The notes under the pieces are model-generated. The model was not told where the DNA came from and made no database searches. It saw only the letters and a list, made by a program, of their open reading frames with translations. Below are positions 1-14,700 of a stretch of DNA of 64,000 nt, in pieces. The stretch comes from Moniliella sp. 'wahieum' (Eukaryota), in contig RSEE01000016.1 of the NCBI GenBank assembly GCA_003971905.1, positions 682,001 to 746,000 on the forward strand, given 5' to 3'. Made by a program: the position numbers and the translations under genes. How positions within the stretch are numbered: the stretch's first letter is position 1; each line of letters opens with the position of its first letter.

Positions 1-777
<777 letters not shown>

Positions 778-1336
778 ACCTTTTTCGAGCTTGGCCTTCT
801 TTGGATCCTGGGCAAAACGGACTTGACTTGCGTAGTAGAAATTCAAATGAGGGAGGGTGGAAGCAAGGATCCGCTGGAAAGAAAAAGAACTCATGCCGAG
901 ACCACAGAAACCTAAGCCCTAATTAGGCCTTAAGCCCAGTGGAATGGCGACCTGGGCCCTCGGTATTGCGTTGCATATGAGGTCAATCCTGCTGGTTTCC
1001 AAAGCCATAACGGCCACATTTATTCCCCAATCTCCTATTGAGCTCTCCCTATGGTACGTCGTCTCCGGCGATGGCAGCAGTAGTACCAAGGGTGGGGCAA
1101 AAGATATTAGTATCGAATGCCCTCCCGAGAAAGGGAGGCAGGGAGGCGAGAGCAGACTAAATGGGCAGGTACGATCAGAGGAGAGGAGATATGGAATATG
1201 CAGAGAGAATGCATGGCGGGCCTGAGAGTAGGTTGGAAGGAAGGGAGGGAAAAGATCCCAAGAGCAATGATTGCATCCTTCCCTCCAAACGGAGAACATG
1301 GGGCAATCAAAGTGGGGTTTATTCCGATCCCAGTGT

Positions 1337-2220
1337 TTACTGCTTGAGAGTCACGCCGTTGGCCTTGGCAGCCACAGGCTTGGGAGCGGTCTTCTTGTAT
1401 GTCTTGCGGTAAAAGGCGATGAAGAGAACGAGGTAAGAAGACAGGATCCCGCACCGGCCCACGCCGCCTGGGGGGCACCGCTGCAGAAACCAAGGTTGGG
1501 CAGGATGGAGTCAAAGTACTTGTTGGCGTAAAAGGTGTAGGTGCAACCGTAGACAAAGAATAGGTCTATAAAGAATTGGGCGATTTGCGACACGGTTACC
1601 GCCTTCTTCCAGGGGCAAGGGATGCGGAGGGTAGAGAGGGCATAGTAGGTGTACATCAGAACGTGCACAGTCAGGTTCAGAGCAATCACAATCCACGACA
1701 CACTCGTCTTGCCCATCAGCTGGCTCCAGCACAGCGCGGCGGTTGCGGCGTGGTGGTAGACATGGAGGAACTGGAGCGGTTTCTTCTTGAGCACGAGGAA
1801 CACCGTGTCGGCCAGCTCCCAGTACTTGAAGTAGTAGTTGACGATGTAGTACGTCTCCAAGTGGGCGGTCCAGGCCTTGGGGGAGCAGACGGCGTAAAAC
1901 AGGCCACCGCGGCGGTAGATGGGCAGAACCTCCTCGAGGATAAGAGCCAGCAAAAGGCCGCTACCGAAGGTGAGGAGGATGTTGTGAATGAGGAAGATGG
2001 CCTTGAAGATGGGGCCCTTGCCAGCGGCGGGGCGGGAGCGCATCAGGGCCTGGATACCAAAGATGGTGCTGAGATAGAGCACGGCAGCGGTCACCACCGA
2101 AGCGACGGACGAGATGGGGGTCTCGTTGGGCGTCCACTCGATCAGCGAGAGAGGCGCCTGGGCGCGCACGCTAGCCGGGATGGCGGCTACAACCGCATCG
2201 TAGATGGGTGTCGAGGGCAT
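1337..2220 (-). CDS. Fatty acid elongase (GNS1/SUR4, ELO family); frameshift near the C-terminus
   Basis: KYWELADTVFLVLKKKPLQFLHVYHH histidine box, NLTVHVLMYTYY and TVSQIAQF motifs. ATG at 2220 (MPSTPIY). The corrected frame ends FYRKTYKK..TLKQ* at 1337. Confidence 0.92.
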
Positions 2221-3338
2221 GGGCAGGAGGAGTAAGGATGGGGGAGGGAAGGGGGGGGGGGGTGGGGGGGGCAAACGAAGGGCGAGAAGGCGTAACGAAA
2301 GGTGGAGTTGGGAGTGGGTGGACGGGAAGAAGAATGTGGCAGGCCCGCGGGGGACAGCAGGGCGTAGGGACGAGGGACAAGGGACCAGCTGCGCGCGTGT
2401 ACTGCCCCCGCGCACGCCGAAGCGCAAGGCGTATGGATCTTGAATGGCGCCCTGCCCATCCGCCTGGGCTACCCTGACAGCGTGGAGCTGCCTGGGCCGC
2501 CCGAGGCGCCACACTGGCCCTGTCCCAGCGTCGGGGTGCTCGGCGATCGGGCATCGCGTGGCGCAGGGGCTGTGTATTGGATGTGCGCCCTTATGCGCCC
2601 CAGTAGCCCGCGTGCGTTTCTGCCTCGGACGGCTGAGCGCGCGCTGCTGAGCCTGAGCATCTGCACTGAGCGTTGCGTTGAACTCAGCTGCGGTGGGAGT
2701 AGGGCCACAGCGAGGCAGCAGAGATGCCCCCGCTGCCTGCTAGCCCTGCCTAACCCTAGCTCCATCCAGACGGCATGGTTCAAATTTCAAAGGGCACATT
2801 GATTTAACATTGCAACTGGGAGAGGCAAGGGTGGGAGCATCGTCGCACTCGTGTCGGCGTGTCTGCTCGCATCCGATCCTCCGGCCGTCCTAGCTGTACC
2901 CGTACCTTGATGGGCCCTACGCCCGTACTCGGTACCCAGCCCTCCCCTTCCGGCCGTCCCTTGGTCCTTTCAGATGCGCAGCCGAGGATACCCAGCGCAC
3001 CCGCCCCCTCGCATCGACGGCTTCCGACAGGCTGTAGCTGATTCCAATGCTGCCGCTGCAGGCCCTTGCCAGGTCGTGACACGTGACACGCGGCAGCCCT
3101 CCTGCCGCGGCTGGGCAGTGTCCCTCCCAACAGTTTGTCCAGCCCCCAATCCCAATTGAGCCGCCTGTGTTTAAATCCTCTCGCTTATACGCCACCCCCA
3201 GCACCCGATCCAGCCCGCCGACTCCTCCAACCGAAGTGTTGGGGCCCGCCCGCACGGCCCAGCCGCTCCGATGCACCCCATCCCCCCTCTCCAGCCTGAC
3301 AACCCTCGACTTTGCTCCCACCACCATCCCCGCCCGCC

Positions 3339-6300
3339 ATGTCTTCCCCAGCTGCGGCTGCGTCATGGCACGACGGTCCGTCGAGCGCACTCTCCCGTGA
3401 GCTCACCGCCAAGTGCATCTCCATCATCAACCGCTCCGACCCCGACCTGGTCGAGTTCATGCAGGCACAGCTCAGCACCATCAGTCCAGCCCAAGGCCCG
3501 ACCTATGAGCTGCTGGACTACTTTGGCGCCGAGCTAGTTGCCAATTGCAAGGAGGCCGTCGCCACCGCCCAGGCCCCACTCTGGAAAGAGATGTACGCCT
3601 CCACTGCCCCCTGCACCGAGATTGATGCCAAGGGAAACATTATCTACCGCGAAGTCAAGCGCCAAGGTGTGCGCAAGCTCGAGGCCTACGTCAAGGAAAT
3701 GGAGACTGGCACCCGCACTGCAGGCACCGTCGCCGCCCAACTCAACACGGAGCGGGCCCACGAGAACATTAGCAAGCTATGGTCTCTGATCCGCAACGAG
3801 CCTTCTGTCAGCAAACTGGGCAAGGCTACCATCAAGAGCTTGTATAATGAAACCATCCGTTCCCTGGGACCCCCGCCCCAGTCCAAGCACTTTGTCACCT
3901 CGCATCGATCCCGCCGTACATCCGACACGAGCGCGACGGCCGGTCCAGCTTCCGGTACTGTTGTCGATGCGCCTCTGCCGGAGGGCCGCCAATCTTTCCT
4001 CACTATCCAGCGCAAAGTTGCCGGAAAGTGGCAGCCTTCGGCCAAGCTGACCAGCGTATACTTCTCCTTGTTGGACGAGATGGCGCGCGAAGGTCTCACG
4101 TTCGAGAACAAGAACGCCCTCGTACGTTTCCTCCTTTCCCCGCCAGAAGAAGGGTGAACTAACATATGATTGTTTCTGTTTGGACTGGTAGCTCACCGGT
4201 GTTGGCCGTGGATCAATCGGATTGGAGATGGTAAAGGGTCTCTTGGCCGGGGGCGCGAAGGTGGTCATCACCACCTCGTCGTACAGCCGCAAGACGTGTG
4301 AATTTTACCAAAAATTCTTCACTGAAGTCGGCTCCCGTGGTTCTTCGCTCACGATTCTCCCCTTCAACGGATCGTCCAAGCAGGACGTGCAGAGCCTGGC
4401 CGACTACATTTACGACACGATGGGCCTCGACTTGGACTTCGTCTACGCAGGTGCCGCCATCTCGGAGCAGGGCATGCCCATTGACAATATTGGCGATAAG
4501 TCGGAGTTGGCCCATCGTTTGATGATGACCAACGTGATCCGTCTCCTCGGTGCCATCAAGGCCAAAAAGGAGGCCAACGGGTTTGATTCGCGCCCGACCA
4601 GCGTCATTTTGCCCCTGTCGCCCAACCATGGTCTGTTTGGCTCCGACGGTCTTTACTCGGAGTCTAAGATTGGTCTCGAGACGCTCGCCAACCGTTGGGC
4701 CTCCGAGGGCTGGTCTGACTACCTTTCAATCACAGGTGCTTGCATTGGCTGGGTCCGTGGTACGGGCCTGATGGAGCAGAGCAACATCATCGCCCAGGCG
4801 TTGGAAAATCTGGGAATGCGAACATTTAGCCCCATTGAGATGACATTCAACCTACTTGGTCTTTTGCACCCCGTCCTCTCGTCCATTCACAGGTGGAGCC
4901 TCTGTTTGCGGATTTGGGCGGTGGATTTGATCGGTTGCCCAACCTGGCTGAGAAGTCGGCTTCTCTGCGTCAGGGTCTGCAGGAGGATGCGATGTGCAAG
5001 CGGATGGTCAACTTGGATGCCTCGGCGGACTTTGTGGTGATTCGTGGTGCAGCGGCGGAGAAACTGCACCAAAAGGTTTATGTTCAGCCCCGTGCAAACT
5101 TCCGATTTGCTCCGCCCCCCCTCCCTCCGCGCAAGGAGCTCACCCAACTTGCCCGCCTAGCAGGCCAACCTGTGACGGATGAGGAACTGGACAAGATTGT
5201 GGTCTGCACTGGCTTTGCGGAGGTGGGCCCCTGGGGCTCGTCTCGCACACGTTGGGAGATGGAGGCGCACGGTGAGTTTACCATGGAGGGTGCGATTGAG
5301 ATGGCTTGGATCATGGGCTTGATCAAGCACCACAACGGTCCCCTCGCAGGTGCGGCAGGCGCCAACGGTCCCTACGTGGGATGGGTCGACGCCAAATCGG
5401 GCGAGCCGGTGGAGGACAAGGACGTCAAGACACTTTATGAGAAGGACATTCTTGCTCACACGGGCGTCCGCATGGTTGAGCCCGAGATGCTCAGTGGCTA
5501 TGACCCAACCAAGAAGGAGTTTGTTCAAGAGGTTGAAATCACACATGACCTCGAGCCCCTTGAGGTCTCTGCGAGGAAGCGGCCAAGTTTAAGCGTGAGC
5601 ACGGCGACAAGGCAGATGCATGGCAAGAAGGTGAGGTATGGCATGTAATGCTCAAGCGTGGAGCTCGCATCATGGTGCCCAAGGCCATCTCCTTTAACCG
5701 TCTTGTGGCGGGCCAGCTACCCACGGGATGGAACGCGCAGCGCTACGGAATTCCGGACGATATTGCCAACAATGTGGACCGCATCACGCTCTGGGCCTTG
5801 GTCTGCTTGTCAGAGGCGCTGTCATGTCAGGCTTGGGTGCGAGCGCCTACGAGCTGTACAAGTATGTACACCCCTCGGAGGTGGGGGTACTCTCGGCTCC
5901 GGTATGGGCGGCGGCGTGAGTTCCCTCCACAAGATGTTTGTTGACCGTCGTCAAGAGTCGGAGGTGAACAAGGACGTACTGCAAGAAACGTTCATCAATA
6001 CCATCGCTGGTTGGTGCAACCTTTTGATCCTCTCGGCCTCGGGCCCGGTCAAGATCCCTGTGGGTGCATGCGCTACAGGACTTCAGTCGGTCGAGATTGC
6101 GGCCGAGACCATTCTCTCAGGCAAAGCCAAGGTCATGATTGCTGGTGGCTTGGACGACCTTTGCGAGGAAGGTTCGTACGAGTTTGCCAACATGGGTGCT
6201 ACCTCCAACGCTGTTGAAGAGTTGGCTGCTGGGCGCGAGCCTTCGGAGATGTCCCGTCCAACGGCACGCAGCCGTAACGGGTTCATGGAATCGCAAGGGG

Positions 6301-7579
6301 CCGGTGTGCAGATCCTCATGACGGCCCGCCAGGCGCTCAAGATGGGATGCCCCATCCAGAGCATTGTAGCTTACACCTCGACCCATACTGACAAGCAAGG
6401 TCGCTCCGTCCCAGCTCCGGGCCACGGTGTGATGGCATCGGCTGTGCCGCTGCAAAAGGCACTGGCATCTTGGGGCCTAACAGCCGACGATGTGGGCGTC
6501 ATTTCGATGCACGGCACATCGACCGTGGCCAATGACAAGAACGAGTCGCACGTGTACAATTCCCTCTTTGAGCGCATTGGACGTACCCCGGGGCTTGCCG
6601 TACCAGTCATGGCCCAGAAGTGGATTCTAGGTCATGCCAAGGGTGGTGCGGCGGCCTGGGCATCGAACGGGGTGATGCAGTCGCTGCTGTACTCGACTGT
6701 GACTGGCAACCGCAATGCGGATGACATCTCGCCCGAGCTGCAGAAGTGTCGCTACTTGCTGTACAACTCCACCTCGATCCAGCGCACGATGCACGACCTT
6801 CATGCTGGCCTGGTCACCTCGTTTGGCTTTGGTCAAGTGGGCGGCATTGCCCTCTTCCTTCACCCGGCCCATCTTCTCGGCCGCCTCTCGGACGAACAGT
6901 TTGCCGAATACAACCGGCTCCGTCGTCGCCGACTGGGCAAGACATATGTGCGCATGCACGGCATGCTCACCCGGAACGACCTGGTCCGCGTCGAAGACCA
7001 CCCTCCTTATCCCGCGGACCTGGAGGATGAGGTGCTGCTCAACCCCAACGCACGTGCCACCGAGCAGGCCGACGGTACCTTATCTTCCAGCGCCCCTTGG
7101 TACCTGCACCGGAGAACGAGAAGCCTGCGCAGCCTGTGGCAGTGGAAGCCGAGGTGCCCAAGGCGGCGGAGGCTCAGGCGCAAGAGGCCCAGCTGGCCGG
7201 TATGATTGGAGGCGTGCAAGGCGTCGGGATTGACGTGGAGAAGACGAGCACGTTCCCAATTGACAACGATGCCTTCCTCCGGCGCAACTTTACCCCCGCC
7301 GAGTTGGCTTACTGCCGCGCTCATCCTGACGCTCGTGCTTCGTTCACGGGCCACTTTTGCGCCAAGGAAGCCGTGTTCAAAGCGATTGGAACGGCGTCCA
7401 AGGGCGCGGCGGCAGCCATGGCCGAAATTGAGATCGTTTCGACCCAAGGCCTGCCCCCCCAGGTCAAACTGCATGGCGAAGCACTCAAGGCCGCTGGTGA
7501 CAAGGTCAAGTTTATCGTTTCCATCTCCCACTCGGACGACCAGGCGATGGCGATAGCTCATAAGGTTGCCATTGTCTGA
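3339..7579 (+). CDS. FAS2: Fatty acid synthase alpha subunit (KR-KS-PPT only, no ACP), ~1390 aa; intron 4122-4191; several frameshifts
   Basis: [15 protein letters not shown] across the intron (gtacgt..actaac..tag), [87 protein letters not shown]. Confidence 0.95.
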
Positions 7580-8379
7580 TCTTGTTTTTGGTCTGGTTAA
7601 TTTGTCACGTGTCCTCTCCATCCCTGTGGTGGTATCATACGCCGCTCCCCTTCTCTCGTCTCGAGATAATGTGAATAGATGGCGAAGACGAGTTGGATAT
7701 ATTATCTCGTGTTTGGCCCTCAGGCTGAGGCCTCAGGGCCTGACTAGCTGAACTTCAGGCGGTGGTTTGGGCCAGGTTGAACGTTGAACTCAACGTTGAG
7801 TACGTTGAACGGTTGAGCCTGTTACTCACTTCCGTGTCACATATGATGGCCCACGCTCCCACGTCCATGTCCGCTGTCACAGTGACAGGTCCATGTAACA
7901 CGTGTGATGCGGGCAATCTCTCAACGCCGCCACACGTCACATGGTCACACTATCGCCCAGCTGATGATGCTGATGATCGCTAGGTGCCGCTGATGCAGCT
8001 GATACAGCTCAGACGAATGGGAACTGAGAGCATCCGCGGCACATCTCGCATGCTCAGCCCAGCCCACAATGCATTCCCGCACACTTCAGCGTATGACACT
8101 GGAAGCATCATGCCATCGTGCGCCCCATTGTTGTTACCCGATGAGATCGATAATGAGAGAACTGTGCGTTGCGAGTTGTAACATGCTAGGTACTACGGAA
8201 GATGTCTCTGCGACGGCTTTCCGTCAGGTTTTGGAGTGTCATTTACACGCCAGCCAAGGCGTGGGTGCAAAAGGGGACGTGCATGAGAGCTTGAACCTGC
8301 GTCCCGCTTTTACCGGGGGGGAGGGGGGGGGGAGACTTGGCCATGTGCGCGCCACTTTGCACCACATCCATCGGCATAC

Positions 8380-9567
8380 TTAGAGCAGCAGCGTCGTCTC
8401 GGCGATAATGCCAGTGACCTGGTAAGGGTCAATGTTGGACGCGGGACGGCGGTCCTCAAGGTAGCCCTTGCCCTCGGCGGCAACACTCCTGGGGATACGG
8501 ATCGAGGCACCGCGGTTGGCCACGCCCGAGGAGAACTGGCCAATGTGGCCCGTCTCGTGCCGGCCAGTGAGGCGCTGGTCGTTGTCCGCACCGTACACGG
8601 CAATGTGCTCGTGTGTGGCGCTTGCTCAGCTTCTCAATCGCAGCCTCGATGGCCTTAATACCGCCCTCGGCACGGGTCGACTTGGTCGAGAAGTTGGTGT
8701 GAGCACCGGCACCGTTCCAGTCGCCAGGAACAGCCTTGGGGTGGAACGTGACCTTGACACCCCACTCCTCCGCTACGCGGAGCAGGAGGTAGCGGGCCAC
8801 AACGAGGTGGTCGCCCATGTCAATGCCAAGGCAGGGGCCCACCTGGAACTCCCACTGAGCAGGCATGACCTCAGCGTTGATACCAGAGATGTTGACGCCA
8901 GCGTAGAGGCAGCGCGCGGTAGTGCGACTCGATCAAGTCACGGGCAACCACCTTGCCAGAACCCACACCACAGTAGTAAGGGCCCTGGGGACCGGGGAAA
9001 CCGTTGGTGGGCCAGCCAAGAGGGCGGTCGTCCTCACCAAGGAGCGAGTACTCCTGCTCAATGCCGAACCAAGGCTCCTCGTCCTTGACCTGGTCAAAGA
9101 TCTTCTTGGCGGCATAGCGGTGGTTGGACTTGTTGGGGGTGCCATCGTTGTTGTAGCACTCGGCCAGAACAATAACGTTGTTGCCGCCACGGAAGGGGTC
9201 AGGGAAGTAAGCAGCCGGGCGCAGGTAGACGTCCGAGTTGCCACCGGGGGCCTGGTTGGTGGAGGAGCCGTCAAAGTTCCACTCCTTCAAGTCGGCAAGG
9301 GACTTGACGGGGCCGTCCAGGGTCGTCGTCTTGCCACGAATATCGCCAAAGCCATCAATCCAAATGTACTCGGCCTGCACCTTGTTGCCCTGGGGGAGGG
9401 CGAGGTAGTGGGAAGCGAGGCCTGGGGGGGCGGGAGGAAGGAACGGTTAGGGTGGGGGCTGTGGCGCTCCCGAGGAGCCGAAGGACAAAGGACGGCAGCA
9501 CAAGAGAAGGATTGGGAAGGTACGCACCAGGCTGGCGAACAAAGGGGTTGGGAGGGGCGGCAGACAT
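8380..9567 (-). CDS. GLN1: Glutamine synthetase (GSII); intron 9422-9527; frameshifts
   Basis: [126 protein letters not shown]. Confidence 0.97.
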
Positions 9568-11463
9568 GGCGGTGACGACGGTCAAGGACAAAAGGAAGAG
9601 GTGGTGGTGGGAAGACGTAGCAAGCCAGGATGCGGGGCGGGAAAAAGGGCAGAAGATTAAATAACCGGATCTGAGAGATAACTGCACGCCTGCAGACGCG
9701 GGTGTGCGGAGAGCCGACACTGGGGGGTGCAGGGCCGAATAGGAGAGCACGCAGCAGGCGCCCGACAGGCTCCGTGCGGGCACGGATTTGCTGGCCACAC
9801 TGGCGCCTCGCGTGGGCACAACAGAGCGCAGCGCCGCGGGGGGGGAGTGAGGCGCCTACCCGCGGCGTTGCGCTGGCGGCGACGGCCGGAGACGCACGGG
9901 GGCAGTGGGGCGGCGTGTGAGCGGTGAGCGGGGCGCGTGATGGGGCCGGGGACTGGGACGGGCCGCAAATTCAAATGTTGGACGATTGAAAAGCAGCAGC
10001 GCTGGCCGGTGCGGGCCTGGGCTGGGCGGCGCCGGCACTGCGGTGTGGTGCGACGGGTTGCGCCTCGGCTGTCGCGTTTGGTTTTTTTTTTTGCATTTTA
10101 TCGCGGGTGCACGGAATTGGCGAATTGGCGACGTGGCAAGGCATCCGCCCAGCGCCCGGCCTGGGCCGCCCCGTGCCCGGCGCCGTGCTTACGATCGCAG
10201 ACCATCGCGACGGCCAGGCACGCGCACGCGGTGGGCGGTGGCCTGCTGTCCCGCTGTCTGCTTCTCTCCGCTCCTCCCCTCGGCCGCAGTGCGCCACTGC
10301 CCCCGCGCCCAGCCCACGCGCCCGTCTGGATATCTATATACCGCTCTCCGCCTGCCCGAACCTGGCTCCCTCCGCTCCCTTCTCCACTCCTCGTCGTCGG
10401 CCCTCCTAGCCGGCTGGGCTCAGCCGGTACCAGCCTCCGTTCAGGGCTTTCCTCCCCGGCTGTCCATCGCCAACAGGTTGCTGGACGCGCGCTGTACCCT
10501 GTTACATGTTCTGCCATCCGGCGGACAGGCTCAGCGGTGAGACCATCGGTCACAGGTAACCAGTCACGTTGCATGACGCATTCGCGTACGCGTTGGGGCG
10601 GACTTAGCTTTTGCCCGTTCTCCTGCTCGCACTCACGGTGGTCTCCGTTACTACATACATACCTTTCACAACCAAACGTCGTGACGCGTGAACGCGTGCA
10701 CCCGATCCGTCACGCGTCACGCGTCCTCGATCCTCATCCACCATTCTTACCTTCATCTCCTCCCTTCCCCGCACTTTCACTCCAGTTCTAGGTGAGCACA
10801 ACGCACACCACATCGTGGTGTGAATGTCCTCATCCGACCGGCCCCGGCCCCAGCCCCAGCCCCAACTCCGACCCACTCAACCTGAACACGCCCCCTACCA
10901 ATCCCTTCCCCGCCCTGTCCGCAGCCTTGCCCCGTTCCTATCCCCGTCTGGCCCCGCTCTTCTGCCTGCTTCCTGATCTATACCCGATCCACGCTCAGTT
11001 CCTTTCACTCATGCTCAGCCCCAAGGGCTGTTGTTCCGCTCCAGAGTGAGTCTCACCTGGCCTCTTTTCTCCATCCACAGTGCATCGAACTCATCGATAA
11101 TCGATAATCGTTAATCACCCGCACTATCATCTCTCCTGTATCACATGTCACATTGCTCCTGTGGAAAAGCTTACGATGCGTGTTCGCCGTGGCGAGGTTG
11201 TCGACCGTCGACCTCGCTACTACCACAGGATGCGAGCACTGAACGTCGTATTCGACGAAGGAGCTTCTGCGACTGAGTCGTCCAGAAGACTGGTGCGAGC
11301 TCGGAAGGAAAGAAAACTGACTCTCACGTGGCTCAGGGTCCGCGCGGTCCTAGGACGGATGCCAACAAAGTGCTTTGTGCCTATGCGCGCTACGCGGCAA
11401 TGTTGGCCTAGGGAGCCGGACGGGCCGAAGGATGAGGAGAAGGCGATGCATTAGAGAGCCAGA

Positions 11464-11680
11464 TGTAAGACCGGAGGAACCCAAGGGATTGGGTGAAGAA
11501 CCTCTGGAAATGTAGAGCAATGCAATCGCGATGGTGGTGGTTAAGGTCTAAGCCTTGTGCCACACCTAGAGACAGGGGTTCAGACAAGCCTGAGTATACA
11601 CGTGGAGGCTTCGGAGGACAAATCAGGGGTGAAGGGTGATGAGGCGCCTTGGCCTAAGTACGGGACCACGGGTCCCAACA
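11464..11680 (-). repeat. 3' LTR of the copia element (217 bp)
   Basis: TGTAAGACCG...GGTCCCAACA on the + strand, duplicated at 16804-17021. Confidence 0.96.
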
Positions 11681-11745
11681 CCCCCCCGGGCCAAGGGAAC
11701 GAAAGAAGCCCGTTGGCCATCAACAAAAGAAAAGTAGAAAGGGGA

Positions 11746-14700
11746 TCAGCGCGAAGAAAGAGAAGCCAAATCGAAATTGTTACGCGCAGAAATGATCTTG
11801 GGAAGAGAAAGAGGTTTGGTGAACCAGTCAGGGAGATGGTGTGCACCTGGAGTGTAGTGGACTTTAATTTCGCCTCGGTGGATGCGTTCCCGCACCTCGT
11901 GGTACGAGACGTCAATCTCCCGTATTTTGCCTAGGCTGCCGAGCTTTTCGGCCAACGCTTTGGCAGCGGTGTTGTCAACAAAGAGCTCAATCGGGTGATT
12001 AGCCTTGCAGACACCAAGTTCAAACAGTATGTTGCGAATGAATAGAGCATCTCGAAGGCCATCTCCCATGGCTAGGTATTCAGATGCTGCTGTGTTGCTC
12101 ACACCTTGATTTTGGGACTTGGAGCCCCAGGATACAGGCACACCGAAAACAAAAACAACATGGCCCGAAACGGAGTGAGAGTTGCTCTTGTCTGATGCAA
12201 AGGAGGCATCGGTGTGCAGCTCGAGTAGAGGGCGAGATCGGTTGGGTGTGAGGCACAAAGAGTAGTCAGACGTACCGGCGAAGAAACGTAATAGGTCCTC
12301 CGCTGCGCGTCGGTGGGCGGCGGACGGGTCGTCCATAAACCGCGCTAAAAAGGTAGCCGCAAAGAGGGCATCAGGCCGGGACATACGAGCCGCCCACAAG
12401 CTGGATCCGACAATAGAACGGTAGGCACGGTGCTCGTCTCGAGTGGCACGCTTTTCGTGTTCGGGTCGCTTGGGAGGCGGAAGTTGGTGGCCGATTGGAA
12501 GGTAGCGGGGCCGGTGAGGTGATATGTCATGCGCGGCAAGCGTCTCAGCGATGAATTTGGGTTGGCTGATGTACAGTCGTCCATCGATACGGTCGTATTG
12601 GCAGCCGAGATGGAAACGTAGGGGGCCGTTGGACTTAATTTGGATGCTGCGCCTTAATTCCACTAAGAATTCATCATACGCTTCTTGGGACCGACACGCG
12701 ACCAAAAAGTCGTCAGTGTGGACGGCGATTAGGATCAGGCCAAGAGGTTCGGTGCGACGTATGAACAGGCAAGGCTCTGATTTTAGGCTAGTGAAGTGGA
12801 GTCGGTCGCAAAGGAAAGTGCGGAGCCAATCTCCAAAGTTGGCCCCGCTCTGGTGCAGGCCATAGAGACTTTTCTTGAGTCTCCAGCAATGACCGGGCGC
12901 TTCTGGGAAGAAGGGGGGTGGTCGAACATAGACGAGCTCGTTGATATCGGCATAGAGGTAGGCAGCTTCCACATCGGCAGAAAATAAGTGGAGGCCATCA
13001 GCTTCGGCCAACGCAATTAGCGTGTTGACGGCAGCAGTACGAACGGCAGGAGCAAAAGATTTCGCCCATGTGCCAGGAACTTGCCGGTGCCCTCCCACAA
13101 CGTAGCGGGCACGGTACTTGAGGAAGTTAGCATCCGCATCCGTCTTAGTACCTATGACCCACATGCCGGGAAGGGGTTTGATCCCTGGGGGGATGGGTAC
13201 AACTTCCTTCACGTCACGCTCGTCAAAACGCCGAAGCTCGAGGCGCATTGCCTCGAGTACGCCATCAAAGGCAGGGTGACCCACCAACTTCTTGATGTTC
13301 TTGGGGGCCACCGGGACCCCATCGGTGGTCAGTATGACCTCGGTGTCACTTGCCGCGGATTCGATTGCGAGTGCAATGGGGGGCGAGCTTGGCTCCGAAG
13401 CAGGTAGCATGGATGTGTCCGGCGCTGGTCCGAAAATACTCACCAAAGCCTGCATTCCTAGGGCGGAGAGGGCGGCCGGGTTGCCAAAGATGCTAGGGGC
13501 CTTGTTGACGAGCAGGGAAAAGGTGCCATCGCGCAAATTGTCGTTGGCTGGAATGGACAGGTCGAGGGGTGGAGCGTTGATACGCGCTTGGCGAACGGGA
13601 TTGCGACGCACGAGTGCGGGGACGGCTGTATCGGTCAGGGGCACGGTCACGGGGGCGAGCGTGTCGGTGGGGGAGAGAGGGGAGGGGGATAGGGCGGGAG
13701 AGGAAGGGGAAGTGGAAGAGGGAGGGGAAAGCAGGACTTGGTGGCCAGTGTCAACGGCATCTTCTGTGATAGTTTCATTTTCTTCGGCTTGCTTTGCCTG
13801 GCGTTGTGCCATGCCTGCGGGGTCAGATGCAACAGGTTGGGGGGATACATGTGGGGGGTTGGAGTTGGTGGGAGTGGGGCCAGGCTCTGAATTCTCATTT
13901 TCGTTGGCTTGAGCCGGGCGATGTGCCTCTGTTTTTCGTTCTTTTAATTTTCTTTTTCCATGGGGGGCATTGTCTTTCTTACCATTAGTATCGCGGGTCA
14001 GTTCATCTATCGCAAAACGCACACGCCGGGGTGGGGAGCTGTCTGACTTCCCACCAGCACCCATTTCTCCGCCCCCCCGCACCTCTCCGCCACCAGCAGG
14101 GACAAGGGGGTCCAGATGAAAGTGCGTGGGATATTCGGTGGTGTACGGGACATGCGTCCAGGTGGACGGCTTTTTCCAACGGAATCCAACTTGGCCGTCG
14201 TCCTGGTGGATGGCAAAGAGCCACCCCTTCGAACCGCGGCCGTGCCCGTAACCCACCAACATTGCTGGGACGGCCCGCGGACCAAGTTTGCCGCCCTCGC
14301 GTTGGTTGGGCAATAGGTGCAGGTAGGCAAGAGTGCCAAAACCGCGCATGCGAAGGGAGGGTTTGAAGCCATGGTACCGGACAAATCGGCTGTCCCCACC
14401 CAGTGCTTTCGGCGGCGACTGGTTGTGTGCATATGTGGCCGCCAACAAGCTGTGTTCCCACCACTCGTCGGGAGTCAATCTGTTGGCGATTACCATGAGT
14501 CGAGCGCGATCCGTAATCGATCTTATGGCGCGTTCGGCGACCCCATTGGACGCACTTTCGCCAGGATTGGTGCGCTCGCTCACTACTCCCAGCTCGCAGT
14601 AAAACTCGTCCATTGCGGTGGTGAGTTCAGGCGCATTGTCAGAGCGGACCGTCTGAAGGGGGCGGTCGGGATGTTGGCGATGCTCGCGCCGGATGAAGGC

